64,000 nucleotides of DNA from an uncultured Methylococcaceae bacterium. Its GTDB lineage: Bacteria; Pseudomonadota; Gammaproteobacteria; Methylococcales; Methylomonadaceae. Shown one piece after another: positions 10,709 through 19,530 of the stretch (positions within the stretch are counted from its first letter, which is position 1; each line of letters starts with the position of its first letter). The stretch lies in NCBI GenBank assembly GCA_964515235.1, contig CAZEVO010000008.1, forward strand, positions 1,542-65,541. The letters run 5' to 3'. The translations under genes were made by a program, and so were the position numbers. The notes beneath the pieces are model-generated. The model worked only from the letters and a program-made list of their open reading frames with translations. It did not search any database and was not told where the DNA came from.

Positions 10709-11610
10709 TTCAAATCCTTATCCTTCTGATCACACAATTCTAAAAAGGCTTTCACTGCACGTGACTGAATCGCAATTTTCGGCGCTATAATATTCAAATG
10801 CCAAAGTAACCCACTAGCAGAATCTAAGCGGCGTGCAACTAAGCCTTCTCGCTCGTAACGCAAAGCCTGAGAAGAAGAAAACCCAATACCTAAACCTGCT
10901 CTTACTGCTTCTTTAATACCTGAAACTCCCATGACCTCAATATTAACAGGAATCTCCAACTTTGCTTTGGACAAGGCTCTTTCTAAAACCTGACGCGCTC
11001 CTGATTCCGGCTCGCGCCAAATCACTGGATAGTTAAGTAATGCATGAAGCGGGACCGAGCCAGGATAAAGCGCTACCAGCTCATGATCTTCGGGTAAAAC
11101 CAGAACAATTTCATCCTTTTGCCACGGCAATAATTGATAATTCTTAGGCAATAATTCTCGGTCTATCGGCCCCTCAATAAAACCTAAATCAAGGCTAGTT
11201 AGGTTATTAAGGATTTCATCCGTATTACCCGTTGTCATAAACACTTGCACACCGTGATGGAGTGTCTGTAATTGCACGACGTATTTAGGTAAATAAAAAC
11301 TAGCGATCGTCATCGTTGAACCAATCCGTAATGTTCCCGCATTTATTTTCTGCAAACACCGAACAAACTCATTAGCTTCATTAAAGCTTTTCTCAAAATT
11401 GGAAGCATGTTCCAATAAATTCTCTCCCGCAGGCGTTAAAACAATACGATGTCCTTCCCGCTCATACAATGGCTCACCAACCGCTTCTTGCAATAATTTC
11501 AATTGCCCCGAAACTGCAGGCTGGCCAATATTTAACGAATGTGCTGCACGGGTAATACTACAATATTTAGCCACGGTACAAAAAGTCAGCAAATGCTGTG
11601 GATTTAACAT
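10705..11610 (-). CDS. LysR-family transcriptional regulator
   Basis: N-terminal wHTH 'FCTVAKYCSITRAAHSLNIGQPAVSGQLKLLQ' plus a 200-aa LysR substrate-binding domain. It is divergent from the formate dehydrogenase operon. Confidence 0.9.
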   Translation of the reverse strand: MLNPQHLLTFCTVAKYCSITRAAHSLNIGQPAVSGQLKLLQEAVGEPLYEREGHRIVLTPAGENLLEHASNFEKSFNEANEFVRCLQKINAGTLRIGSTMTIASFYLPKYVVQLQTLHHGVQVFMTTGNTDEILNNLTSLDLGFIEGPIDRELLPKNYQLLPWQKDEIVLVLPEDHELVALYPGSVPLHALLNYPVIWREPESGARQVLERALSKAKLEIPVNIEVMGVSGIKEAVRAGLGIGFSSSQALRYEREGLVARRLDSASGLLWHLNIIAPKIAIQSRAVKAFLELCDQKDKDLK

Positions 11611-11662
11611 AAAAGCATTTCAAATAACAATAATCATCAAAAAATAAAACCGTCATCACTAT

Positions 11663-11677
11663 ATCACTTTTAATGAT
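11663..11677. promoter_or_regulatory. candidate LysR box (ATC-N9-GAT, i.e. T-N11-A)
   Basis: ATCACTTTTAATGAT lies in the divergent lysR/fds intergenic region, about 53 nt from the lysR ATG. It fits the generic LysR T-N11-A dyad. Such dyads can arise by chance in AT-rich DNA. Confidence 0.3.
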
Positions 11678-11727
11678 AGAAACGTCACAAATAATGACTT
11701 GAAAGCAATAGATAATCTACTGTAAAG

Positions 11728-11757
11728 TTGACCAATTTCTAGCATAAGTCATTAAAT
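11728..11757 (+). promoter_or_regulatory. candidate sigma-70 promoter for the formate dehydrogenase operon
   Basis: TTGACC, an 18-nt spacer, then TTAAAT, about 35 nt upstream of the GTG start at 11792. This is a pattern match only. Confidence 0.3.
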
Positions 11758-11791
11758 TTACTAACCATTTTATAGCTATTAGGGGACCTGA

Positions 11792-13492
11792 GTGGCAACC
11801 ATACACATTGATGCAGATCAAATCGTTAAAAAAAAACGTAAAGGCCGAAAGGGTCATTCCGTTGATTTTTCGGCCCTTAGTGAAATACAAGGTCTTTTAG
11901 GAAATGAACCTCGTCGTTCCGACTTACTCATTGAACATCTGCATAAAATTCAGGACCGTTACCATCATATTTCCGATAAACACCTAACCGCGTTAGCTCA
12001 TGAAATGAACTTATCGACCGCTGAAGTCTTTGAGGTTGCCAGTTTCTATCACCACTTTGACGTTATTAAAACCGGAGAGCAACCACCACCCCCCTTAACC
12101 GTGCGCGTTTGTGAGTCTGTTTCTTGCGAATTAGCTGATGCTAAGAGCTTGCTCTCCAGCCTCAAAAAAACACTGGGCGAGGATGTCCGCGTACAACCCG
12201 TTCCTTGTGTAGGACGTTGCCATGAGGCACCCATTGCAGTTGTCGGTCAAAATCCAATTTCCACAGCAACGGTAGAAAAAACCCTGACTGCTATTGATAC
12301 TAATCAGATTAGTGCACCCATAGCTGAATATATTACCCGCAAACAATATGAACAAGAAGGCGGCTACCAAACATTACAAAGTTGCCTTGATGGCCAACGT
12401 GATCCAGAACATATTATTTCTCTCATGGAGAATTCTGGACTACGCGGCTTAGGCGGTGCAGGCTTTCCTGCCGGCAAAAAATGGCGCATAGTTAAAGGCT
12501 ATACAGGCCCCAGAATGATGGCTATAAATATTGATGAAGGTGAACCCGGCACTTTTAAAGACCGTCACTATCTTGAACAAGACCCACACCGATTTCTTGA
12601 AGGCATGTTGATTGCCGCCACTATTGTCGATTGCGCTGAAATCTATATCTATTTACGCGATGAATATGCCGGTTGCCGAGAAATTTTAACCCGTGAACTT
12701 CAGAATTTAAAAAGCAATCCACCCTCGGCATCGCACCAACTACCTAACATACAGTTACGCCGTGGAGCGGGTGCTTATATTTGTGGCGAAGAATCTGCCA
12801 TGATCGAATCCTTAGAGGGTAAACGCGGTATGCCACGTCTTCGCCCCCCTTATTTAGCTGAAGTTGGTTTATTTAACCGGCCCACTCTGGAACACAACAT
12901 GGAGACCGTTTACTGGGTTCGAGATATTATTGAAAAAGGCCCAAAATGGTTTAGCTCACACGGCCGTCATGATCGTAAAGGCTTACGCTCTTTTTCCGTC
13001 TCCGGACGCGTCCAGAAGCCTGGCGTACATCTCGCCCCAGCTGGAATCACTATCAAAGAGCTAATTGAAGAATATTGTGGTGGTATGTTACCCGGCCAAC
13101 AATTTTATGGTTACTTTCCCGGCGGTGCCTCAGGCGGTATTTTACCTGCTTCTCTGGGCGATATTCCCCTCGATTTTGATACGCTCAATCAATACGGCTG
13201 TTTTATCGGATCCGCTGCAATCATCGTACTTTCTGACCAAGATAGCGCTAAAGACTGCGCTATTAATGCCATGAAATTCTTTGAAGAAGAGTCCTGTGGG
13301 CAATGCACACCTTGTCGCGTTGGTACGAGTAAAGCCGTTGGGCTCATGGAACAATCTCAATGGAATACTGAACTCTTAGAAGAGCTCTCATCAGTCATGT
13401 GCGACGCTTCAATCTGTGGGCTAGGACAAGCTGCACCAAATCCATTACGTAGTATTATCAAATACTTCCCTGACGAATTAACGTCTTCATAA
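11792..13492 (+). CDS. fdsB: NAD-dependent formate dehydrogenase, fused gamma (NuoE-like) and beta (NuoF-like) subunit
   Basis: The N-terminal third has the NuoE-type 2Fe-2S pattern (C..SC...C..C, 'VCESVSCEL...PCVGRCHEAP'). The remainder has the NuoF FMN/NADH motif 'GLRGLGGAGFPAGKKW' and the 4Fe-4S motif 'ESCGQCTPCR'. GTG start with AGGGGA 8 nt upstream. Confidence 0.9.
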   Translation: MATIHIDADQIVKKKRKGRKGHSVDFSALSEIQGLLGNEPRRSDLLIEHLHKIQDRYHHISDKHLTALAHEMNLSTAEVFEVASFYHHFDVIKTGEQPPPPLTVRVCESVSCELADAKSLLSSLKKTLGEDVRVQPVPCVGRCHEAPIAVVGQNPISTATVEKTLTAIDTNQISAPIAEYITRKQYEQEGGYQTLQSCLDGQRDPEHIISLMENSGLRGLGGAGFPAGKKWRIVKGYTGPRMMAINIDEGEPGTFKDRHYLEQDPHRFLEGMLIAATIVDCAEIYIYLRDEYAGCREILTRELQNLKSNPPSASHQLPNIQLRRGAGAYICGEESAMIESLEGKRGMPRLRPPYLAEVGLFNRPTLEHNMETVYWVRDIIEKGPKWFSSHGRHDRKGLRSFSVSGRVQKPGVHLAPAGITIKELIEEYCGGMLPGQQFYGYFPGGASGGILPASLGDIPLDFDTLNQYGCFIGSAAIIVLSDQDSAKDCAINAMKFFEEESCGQCTPCRVGTSKAVGLMEQSQWNTELLEELSSVMCDASICGLGQAAPNPLRSIIKYFPDELTSS

Positions 13493-13508
13493 AATCGATA
13501 TCACAACT

Positions 13509-16280
13509 ATGGCCGCTAACCCAGAAACTACAAAAACTACCATAACCTTCTCTTTGGATGGTCATGAGATAGATGCTGCCGGCAATGAAACTATTCTCGA
13601 GGCTGCTAAAAGACACGGTAAAGAAATCCCTCACCTGTGCTACAAAGAAGGCTTAAGGGCTGATGGAAACTGCCGGGCCTGCGTGGTTGAGATCGAAGGA
13701 GAGCGTGTATTAGCACCCTCTTGCTGTAGAACCCCTACTGAAAACATGCAAGTCAAAAGCCAGAGTGAACGAGCACTGAAATCACAAAAAATGGTTCTTG
13801 AACTGTTGCTCTCAGATATGCCGGAACAAGGTACTTCCCCATACACAAAAGATTCCGAGTTAGACCTCTGGGCTAACAAGTTAGATGTCGCCAGCCCCAG
13901 ATTTCCGAGCCGTACGCAACCCAAAGCAGACACCTCACACCCCGCTATGGCGGTGAACTTAGATGCTTGCATTCAATGTACCCGGTGCGTTAGGGCTTGC
14001 CGTGAAGAACAAATGAATGATGTTATTGGCTACGCTAACCGCGGCAAACATTCTGAAATTGTCTTTGATATTGGAGACCCCATGGGAGCCAGTAGCTGTG
14101 TGGCTTGCGGCGAATGTGTTCAGGCGTGTCCTACTGGCGCTCTAATGCCAGCACATAATGTTGGCCTAGAAGCAATTGACAAGACTGTTGATTCAACTTG
14201 CCCATATTGCGGCGTCGGTTGCTTAATCAAATACCATGTCAAAGACAATAAAATCATGTACACCGAAGGGCGAGACGGTTACACCAATCACCACCGGTTA
14301 TGCGTTAAAGGTCGTTTCGGATTTAATTATATTGATAACCCTCTGCGACTCACAACCCCACTCATCCGACGTGAAGGCGTTGCTAAAAGCACCGAACTTC
14401 TGGATCCCGATAATATTAATGACGTCTTTCGCGAAGCCAGCTGGGAAGAAGCTCTAGATTTTGCCGCCCATGGTCTTTTATCAATTCGTAACAATATCGG
14501 CAACAATGCCTTAGCAGGACTGGGGTCAGCCAAAGGTAGTAATGAAGAAGCCTATCTTTTTCAGAAACTGATCAGAACCGGATTTGGCTCAAACAATGTC
14601 GATCACTGCACCCGACTTTGTCATGCATCATCGGTTGTTGCCTTATTAGAATGTCTTGGCAGTGGCGCCGTTTCAAACCCAGTCTCTGATGTTAGTGATG
14701 CCGAAGTTATCATCATCATCGGATCCAACCCAACGGTCAACCACCCCGTTGGCGCTACCTTCATGAAGAATGCTAGCAAACAAGGCACAAAAATAATTTT
14801 AATCGACCCGGCCAAAACCGATATCGCAAAATACGCATCGTATTCTTTACAGTTTAGACCTGATACCGATGTCGCCTTACTTAATGCCATGATGTATACC
14901 ATTTTGGATGAACAACTCCAAGATGATGATTATATTCATAGCCACACAGAAAATTTTGAAGTCATGAACGATCATATCGCCGATTACAGCCCTGAAAAAG
15001 TGGCTCCGATCTGCGGTATTGATGCCGAAACCATTCGAGAAGTTTCCAGACTCTATGCAAAGTCAAAAGCTTCTATGATTTTATGGGGCATGGGTATTTC
15101 CCAACATGTCCATGGCACCGATAATGCGCGTTGCCTAATTTCACTAGCCTTAATGACTGGGCAAATAGGACGTCCGGGCACCGGCCTACACCCTCTTAGA
15201 GGTCAAAACAACGTCCAAGGCGCTTCCGATGTCGGCCTTATTCCGATGGTTTTTCCTGATTACCTCCCGGTCAGCGACCCAGAAAATCGCATCAAGTTTG
15301 AAAAACTGTGGCAAACACCACTCAGCGCCGACGTTGGGCTCACGACCGTAGAAATGATTCATGAAATCCTCCATGGTAATGTTCACGGCATGTATGTTGA
15401 AGGTGAAAATCCAGCAATGTCTGATCCGAATCAGAACCATGCCAGAAAAGCCTTTGCAGCCCTCAATCATTTAGTTGTTCAGGATATTTTTCTTACTGAA
15501 ACTGCCGGCTTCGCCGATGTTATTTTACCCGCCTCTGCTTTCTATGAAAAAAATGGGACTTTTTCCAACACTGACCGGCGCGTTCAAATGGGTCGTCAAG
15601 CGGTAACACCACCGGGGCAAGCAAAACAAGACCTCTGGATTATTCAAGAAATAGCTAACCGCATGGGCCTAAACTGGAATTATCAAGGACCTGAAGATGT
15701 ATTTAATGAAATGCGATTAGCTATGGATAGTATTGCAGGCATGACCTGGGACCGTCTAGAGCGCGAAGACTCTCTCACCTATCCACTCCAGCAAGAAGGC
15801 GACCCCGGACAACCTATTATTTTTACCGATGGCTTTCCAACCACGACCGGCCGAGGAAAATTTGTACCCGCTCCCTACACACAAGCCGATGAACTCCCTG
15901 ATGAACACTTCCCTTTTGTTTTTATTACTGGGAGACAGCTTGAACATTGGCATACCGGTAGCATGACCCGGCATTCAGAAACTTTAAACGCTATAGAACC
16001 CGACCCTATTGCTTCACTTCATCCTGAAGACCTTGAAAAGTTAGGTATCGAGCCCGGTGCGATCATTACGTTAGAATCAAAACGGGGAAAACTGTCTGCC
16101 TATGCAAGAGCTGAAATGGGTATTCAAAAAGGGACTATTTTCATGGCTTTTTGCTACAACGAAGCCAGCGCTAATCTACTCACAAATGAAGCTCTCGACC
16201 CAGCAGCTAAAATACCTGAATTCAAATTCTGCGCAATTAAAGCCTATGCAGGTAGCCAAATAGATACTCGAATTAATTAG
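13509..16280 (+). CDS. fdsA: formate dehydrogenase alpha subunit (Mo/W-bis-MGD, NuoG-like N-terminus)
   Basis: 923 aa with an N-terminal 2Fe-2S motif plus several CxxCxxCxxxC ferredoxin motifs and molybdopterin oxidoreductase domains. The active-site 'CTRLCHASS' has Cys (TGT, 14619-14621) and not Sec. Confidence 0.95.
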   Translation: MAANPETTKTTITFSLDGHEIDAAGNETILEAAKRHGKEIPHLCYKEGLRADGNCRACVVEIEGERVLAPSCCRTPTENMQVKSQSERALKSQKMVLELLLSDMPEQGTSPYTKDSELDLWANKLDVASPRFPSRTQPKADTSHPAMAVNLDACIQCTRCVRACREEQMNDVIGYANRGKHSEIVFDIGDPMGASSCVACGECVQACPTGALMPAHNVGLEAIDKTVDSTCPYCGVGCLIKYHVKDNKIMYTEGRDGYTNHHRLCVKGRFGFNYIDNPLRLTTPLIRREGVAKSTELLDPDNINDVFREASWEEALDFAAHGLLSIRNNIGNNALAGLGSAKGSNEEAYLFQKLIRTGFGSNNVDHCTRLCHASSVVALLECLGSGAVSNPVSDVSDAEVIIIIGSNPTVNHPVGATFMKNASKQGTKIILIDPAKTDIAKYASYSLQFRPDTDVALLNAMMYTILDEQLQDDDYIHSHTENFEVMNDHIADYSPEKVAPICGIDAETIREVSRLYAKSKASMILWGMGISQHVHGTDNARCLISLALMTGQIGRPGTGLHPLRGQNNVQGASDVGLIPMVFPDYLPVSDPENRIKFEKLWQTPLSADVGLTTVEMIHEILHGNVHGMYVEGENPAMSDPNQNHARKAFAALNHLVVQDIFLTETAGFADVILPASAFYEKNGTFSNTDRRVQMGRQAVTPPGQAKQDLWIIQEIANRMGLNWNYQGPEDVFNEMRLAMDSIAGMTWDRLEREDSLTYPLQQEGDPGQPIIFTDGFPTTTGRGKFVPAPYTQADELPDEHFPFVFITGRQLEHWHTGSMTRHSETLNAIEPDPIASLHPEDLEKLGIEPGAIITLESKRGKLSAYARAEMGIQKGTIFMAFCYNEASANLLTNEALDPAAKIPEFKFCAIKAYAGSQIDTRIN

Positions 16281-16345
16281 TTTAATGAAATTTATGACAT
16301 CATTTTAAAAAACAGGTCGCGTAAGTGACAGTTATCTTGTTAGGG

Positions 16346-16675
16346 CTACACGGAAAAACTTTCCCCACAGCCACATGAATCTTTCACATTTGGATTATTA
16401 AAAACAAAGGCTTCATTAATGCCTTCTTGCCGATAATCCAACTCCAACCCTTTAATAAAGGAAAGATGCTCTTCATTTACGATAACTTTGACCCCATAAC
16501 CTTCATGAATTGAATCACTGTCTGTTAATACATCAGCGTAAGCTAAGGTATAGGCATACCCCGTACAACCAGACTCTTTGACTCCTAACTTCAATCCTAG
16601 CCCATGACCTCGCTGCTCTAATTGCCGCTTAATCTGTATCGCTGCACGTTCAGTTAATGTAATAGAATTATTCAC
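16346..16675 (-). CDS. iscA: IscA/HesB-type iron-sulfur cluster insertion protein
   Basis: 109 aa with cluster ligands 'GC.G' and C-terminal 'CGCGESF'. Confidence 0.88.
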   Translation of the reverse strand: MNNSITLTERAAIQIKRQLEQRGHGLGLKLGVKESGCTGYAYTLAYADVLTDSDSIHEGYGVKVIVNEEHLSFIKGLELDYRQEGINEAFVFNNPNVKDSCGCGESFSV

Positions 16676-16780
16676 AAACCCTCTCTATCAAAATCATTTT
16701 ATAGTTTAAAACAAAGCTAGATTATACGTTAAATTTTACTGTTAATAATCAATGTTTTATTGGTAATAACGTCAAACCTC

Positions 16781-17902
16781 TTAGCCCTGACTTACAATCG
16801 ACTTTAGTAAGATTATAAATTGATCGACATCATCTTTAGTGTTCATTTCCCCTAAACTAACCCTGACCGCACCTTTGGCCAAATACTCATTCACCCCCAT
16901 AGCCAACAAAACATGACTGGGTTCACTGCCACTGGCACAAGCTGAACCACTTGATACCGCACAACCTTTTTTATCTAACTGCATTAAAATCATCTCGCCG
17001 TCTAGTTCAGGTATAGCAAATTGTACCGTATTGGGTAATCGCTTAACTTGGTCAGAAAATAACATCACACCCGAAATATGACTGCATAATTGCTCTTCCA
17101 AATAATCTCTTAATTGTTTTAATAACTTATCTCTTGTCATTAAGGATTGCTGCGCAATTTCAGCCGCTTTACCGAAACCAATAATACCTGCCACATTCTC
17201 TGTCCCTGCCCTAGCGCATCGCTCTTGCGATCCTCCTAACAATAACGGTGTTAATGCCCCCGAATCACGCACCACTAATGCCCCTACCCCCTTAGGTCCA
17301 TAAATTTTATGACTGGAAAGTGAAAGCATATCTACATTTAGCGCCGCTAGGTTAACCGGTATTTTGCCTAAGGCTTGGACCGCATCGCTATGTATAATTG
17401 TGGCTGAATCAATACTTTTAAGATAATTTGATAACTGGGCAATCGGCTGAATAACTCCGGTTTCATTATTTGCCATCATCACTGAAACAAAGTTTAGGTC
17501 TTTCTCGAGTCTGGATGGCGGCACCTTAAAATCAACCAAACCCTGACTGTCGACATCCAAATACTCAACCGCCAGAAGGCCCTTCAACGACAGCGCAGGG
17601 GCTAAAACTGATGGATGCTCCGTTTTAGAAATAAATAATCTTTTTACCGTAGAGTTATCTAGAAAACCTCTAATCGCCAGATTATTTGCTTCTGTACCAC
17701 CACTGGTAAAAATAATCTCAGACGGTTGCGCTCCGACTAATTCTGCAACTTGATTTCGCGCTGTTTCAAGCGCACTACGAACCACTCGACCTAACCGATA
17801 TAGGCTAGAGGGATTGCCATAAAAAGAGGTCATATAAGGCATCATTGCCTCTAAAACCCGTTGATCTAAAGGCGATGTCGCATTATGGTCAAAATATATC
17901 AT
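16781..17902 (-). CDS. class-I (NifS/IscS-like) cysteine desulfurase, short form lacking the IscS C-terminal tail
   Basis: PLP lysine motif 'SSHKIYGPKG' and active-site loop 'SSGSACASGS.PSHVL'. It is 373 aa, compared with about 404 aa for IscS. Confidence 0.9.
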   Translation of the reverse strand: MIYFDHNATSPLDQRVLEAMMPYMTSFYGNPSSLYRLGRVVRSALETARNQVAELVGAQPSEIIFTSGGTEANNLAIRGFLDNSTVKRLFISKTEHPSVLAPALSLKGLLAVEYLDVDSQGLVDFKVPPSRLEKDLNFVSVMMANNETGVIQPIAQLSNYLKSIDSATIIHSDAVQALGKIPVNLAALNVDMLSLSSHKIYGPKGVGALVVRDSGALTPLLLGGSQERCARAGTENVAGIIGFGKAAEIAQQSLMTRDKLLKQLRDYLEEQLCSHISGVMLFSDQVKRLPNTVQFAIPELDGEMILMQLDKKGCAVSSGSACASGSEPSHVLLAMGVNEYLAKGAVRVSLGEMNTKDDVDQFIILLKSIVSQG

Positions 17903-17963
17903 TGGTTAGCAAACTTCTCGAAAAAAATACCAGCACTCTATCAATTAATTAAAATAATTCATT

Positions 17964-18725
17964 TCAGCTATCTCCAGAGCCATCATCAATCTCATGAACT
18001 TCTAATTCAGGAATAGGTTCTTCTTTATATTCAATACCTGCTTGATTAAGAACCTTCTTCATACCTTCTATTTGACCATCCAGTAGATGAATATGATCCA
18101 ACATTTGATTAATGGCATTAGAAACCGGGTCTGGAATGCCGTTTGTTGCCCCATAAGCATCAAAACCCATTTTATGAGCGATGGCATCACGTTTTGCACT
18201 TGGTTTCTTAGCCCGCCTCTCCACAACATAAGCCGGAATACCAACAACCGTTGCACCTTTAGGTACATCTTTCAAAACTACTGAATTAGAGCCAATCCGA
18301 GCATTCTTTCCAACCACAATCGGACCTAAGACCTTAGCACCAGCACCAATAACAACGCCATCTTTTAAACAAGGGTGTCGATTCCCTTTCTTCCAAACCG
18401 TTCCTCCTAATGTGACTCCGTGATATAAGGTACAATCATTCCCAATAATCGCCGTTTCACCGATCACCACCCCCATTCCATGATCAATAAAAAAACGCCG
18501 ACCAATTTCGGCACCTGGATGAATTTCTATACCAGTAACCCAACGCGATAAATGTGCGATAAATCGCCCGAACCACCTCATCTTCATGCGCCACAATTGG
18601 TGACTTAACCGGTGTAACAAAACCGCATGAAAACCTGGATAAGCCGTCAAAACCTCCCAAACAGACTGCGCGGCCGGATCACGGCCAAAAATACAATCAA
18701 TATCTTCTTTTATTCGATTAAACAT
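17964..18725 (-). CDS. cysE: serine O-acetyltransferase
   Basis: SATase N-terminal domain followed by left-handed beta-helix hexapeptide repeats ('[26 protein letters not shown]'). Confidence 0.92.
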   Translation of the reverse strand: MFNRIKEDIDCIFGRDPAAQSVWEVLTAYPGFHAVLLHRLSHQLWRMKMRWFGRFIAHLSRWVTGIEIHPGAEIGRRFFIDHGMGVVIGETAIIGNDCTLYHGVTLGGTVWKKGNRHPCLKDGVVIGAGAKVLGPIVVGKNARIGSNSVVLKDVPKGATVVGIPAYVVERRAKKPSAKRDAIAHKMGFDAYGATNGIPDPVSNAINQMLDHIHLLDGQIEGMKKVLNQAGIEYKEEPIPELEVHEIDDGSGDS

Positions 18726-18733
18726 GAAATACC

Positions 18734-19447
18734 CTACTGTTTACGGCCTTGAGTCATTCGTAAAATACCACGCAAAATATCTACCTCCCGAGTAGATAAA
18801 CGACTTCGTCCATATAATCGTCGAAGCCGGCGCATCACTGAATTAGATTGACCCGACTGAATAAAATCAATCGTAGTCAGTGTCTCCTGTAGATGCTGAT
18901 AAAAACCTTCTATTTGTGAAGAAGTTGCTAATGGTTCTGACTCTGTTTCCTCAACGGGTTGCTGACTAGCTCTAGAAAACAACTCATAAGTCACAATCTG
19001 AACCGCTGCGGCTAAATTTAATGAACTAAAGTCTTTATTACAAGGAATACGAATCAAATACTGACAACAATCCAATTCCGCATTAGTCAACCCGGAATTT
19101 TCTCGACCAAAAACCAGTGCAACTTGATTGGTTTTCGCATCCTTTAGTACTTGTTCTGCACATTGTTGAGCGACTAAGGTCGGCCAACCAATTGTCCTAT
19201 CCCGCGCACTTGCTCCCATGACTACCTCACAATCTGCAACTGCTTCCGTTAATGTATTACAAATAACCGCGGATGCTAAAACATCATCAGCGCCTGAGGC
19301 ACGTGCAGTTGCATCCGCACTCGGAAATATTTTCGGTTTAACTAAATACAATTGAAACAATGCCATGTTCTTCATTGCACGTGCGATTGCACCGATATTA
19401 CCAGGATGCGATGTTTCGACTAGAACGATTCTGATATTGGCTAACAA
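18734..19447 (-). CDS. trmJ: tRNA (cytidine/uridine-2'-O)-methyltransferase TrmJ (SpoU/TrmH class)
   Basis: '[22 protein letters not shown]' and '[12 protein letters not shown]' SPOUT motifs. The position divergent from suhB matches E. coli and Pseudomonas. Confidence 0.85.
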   Translation of the reverse strand: MLANIRIVLVETSHPGNIGAIARAMKNMALFQLYLVKPKIFPSADATARASGADDVLASAVICNTLTEAVADCEVVMGASARDRTIGWPTLVAQQCAEQVLKDAKTNQVALVFGRENSGLTNAELDCCQYLIRIPCNKDFSSLNLAAAVQIVTYELFSRASQQPVEETESEPLATSSQIEGFYQHLQETLTTIDFIQSGQSNSVMRRLRRLYGRSRLSTREVDILRGILRMTQGRKQ

Positions 19448-19530
19448 GGTTAATTCCTTAAACGAAAACTATAAATTTTACCAAAATATTTGTTATCCTA
19501 TACTGTTTTTATAAATATGTAATTTCTATT

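Noticed and set aside
13640-13972. Long ORFs antisense to, or frame-shifted within, well-supported genes. Examples are 121-411, 3368-3658, 13640-13972, 14621-14902, 15186-15470, 22336-22668, 28222-28530, 29305-29613, 32996-33340, 33042-33344, 40486-40821, 53538-53888 and 60240-60581.
   Set aside because: Each lies entirely inside a gene with strong motif support. Their translations are low-complexity or Ser/Arg/Leu/Cys-rich in a way typical of shadow frames, and none has an SD. They are treated as artefacts.
14619-14621. Possible selenocysteine recoding in the formate dehydrogenase alpha subunit.
   Set aside because: The active-site codon is TGT (Cys) and there is no in-frame TGA, so this is a Cys-type enzyme.
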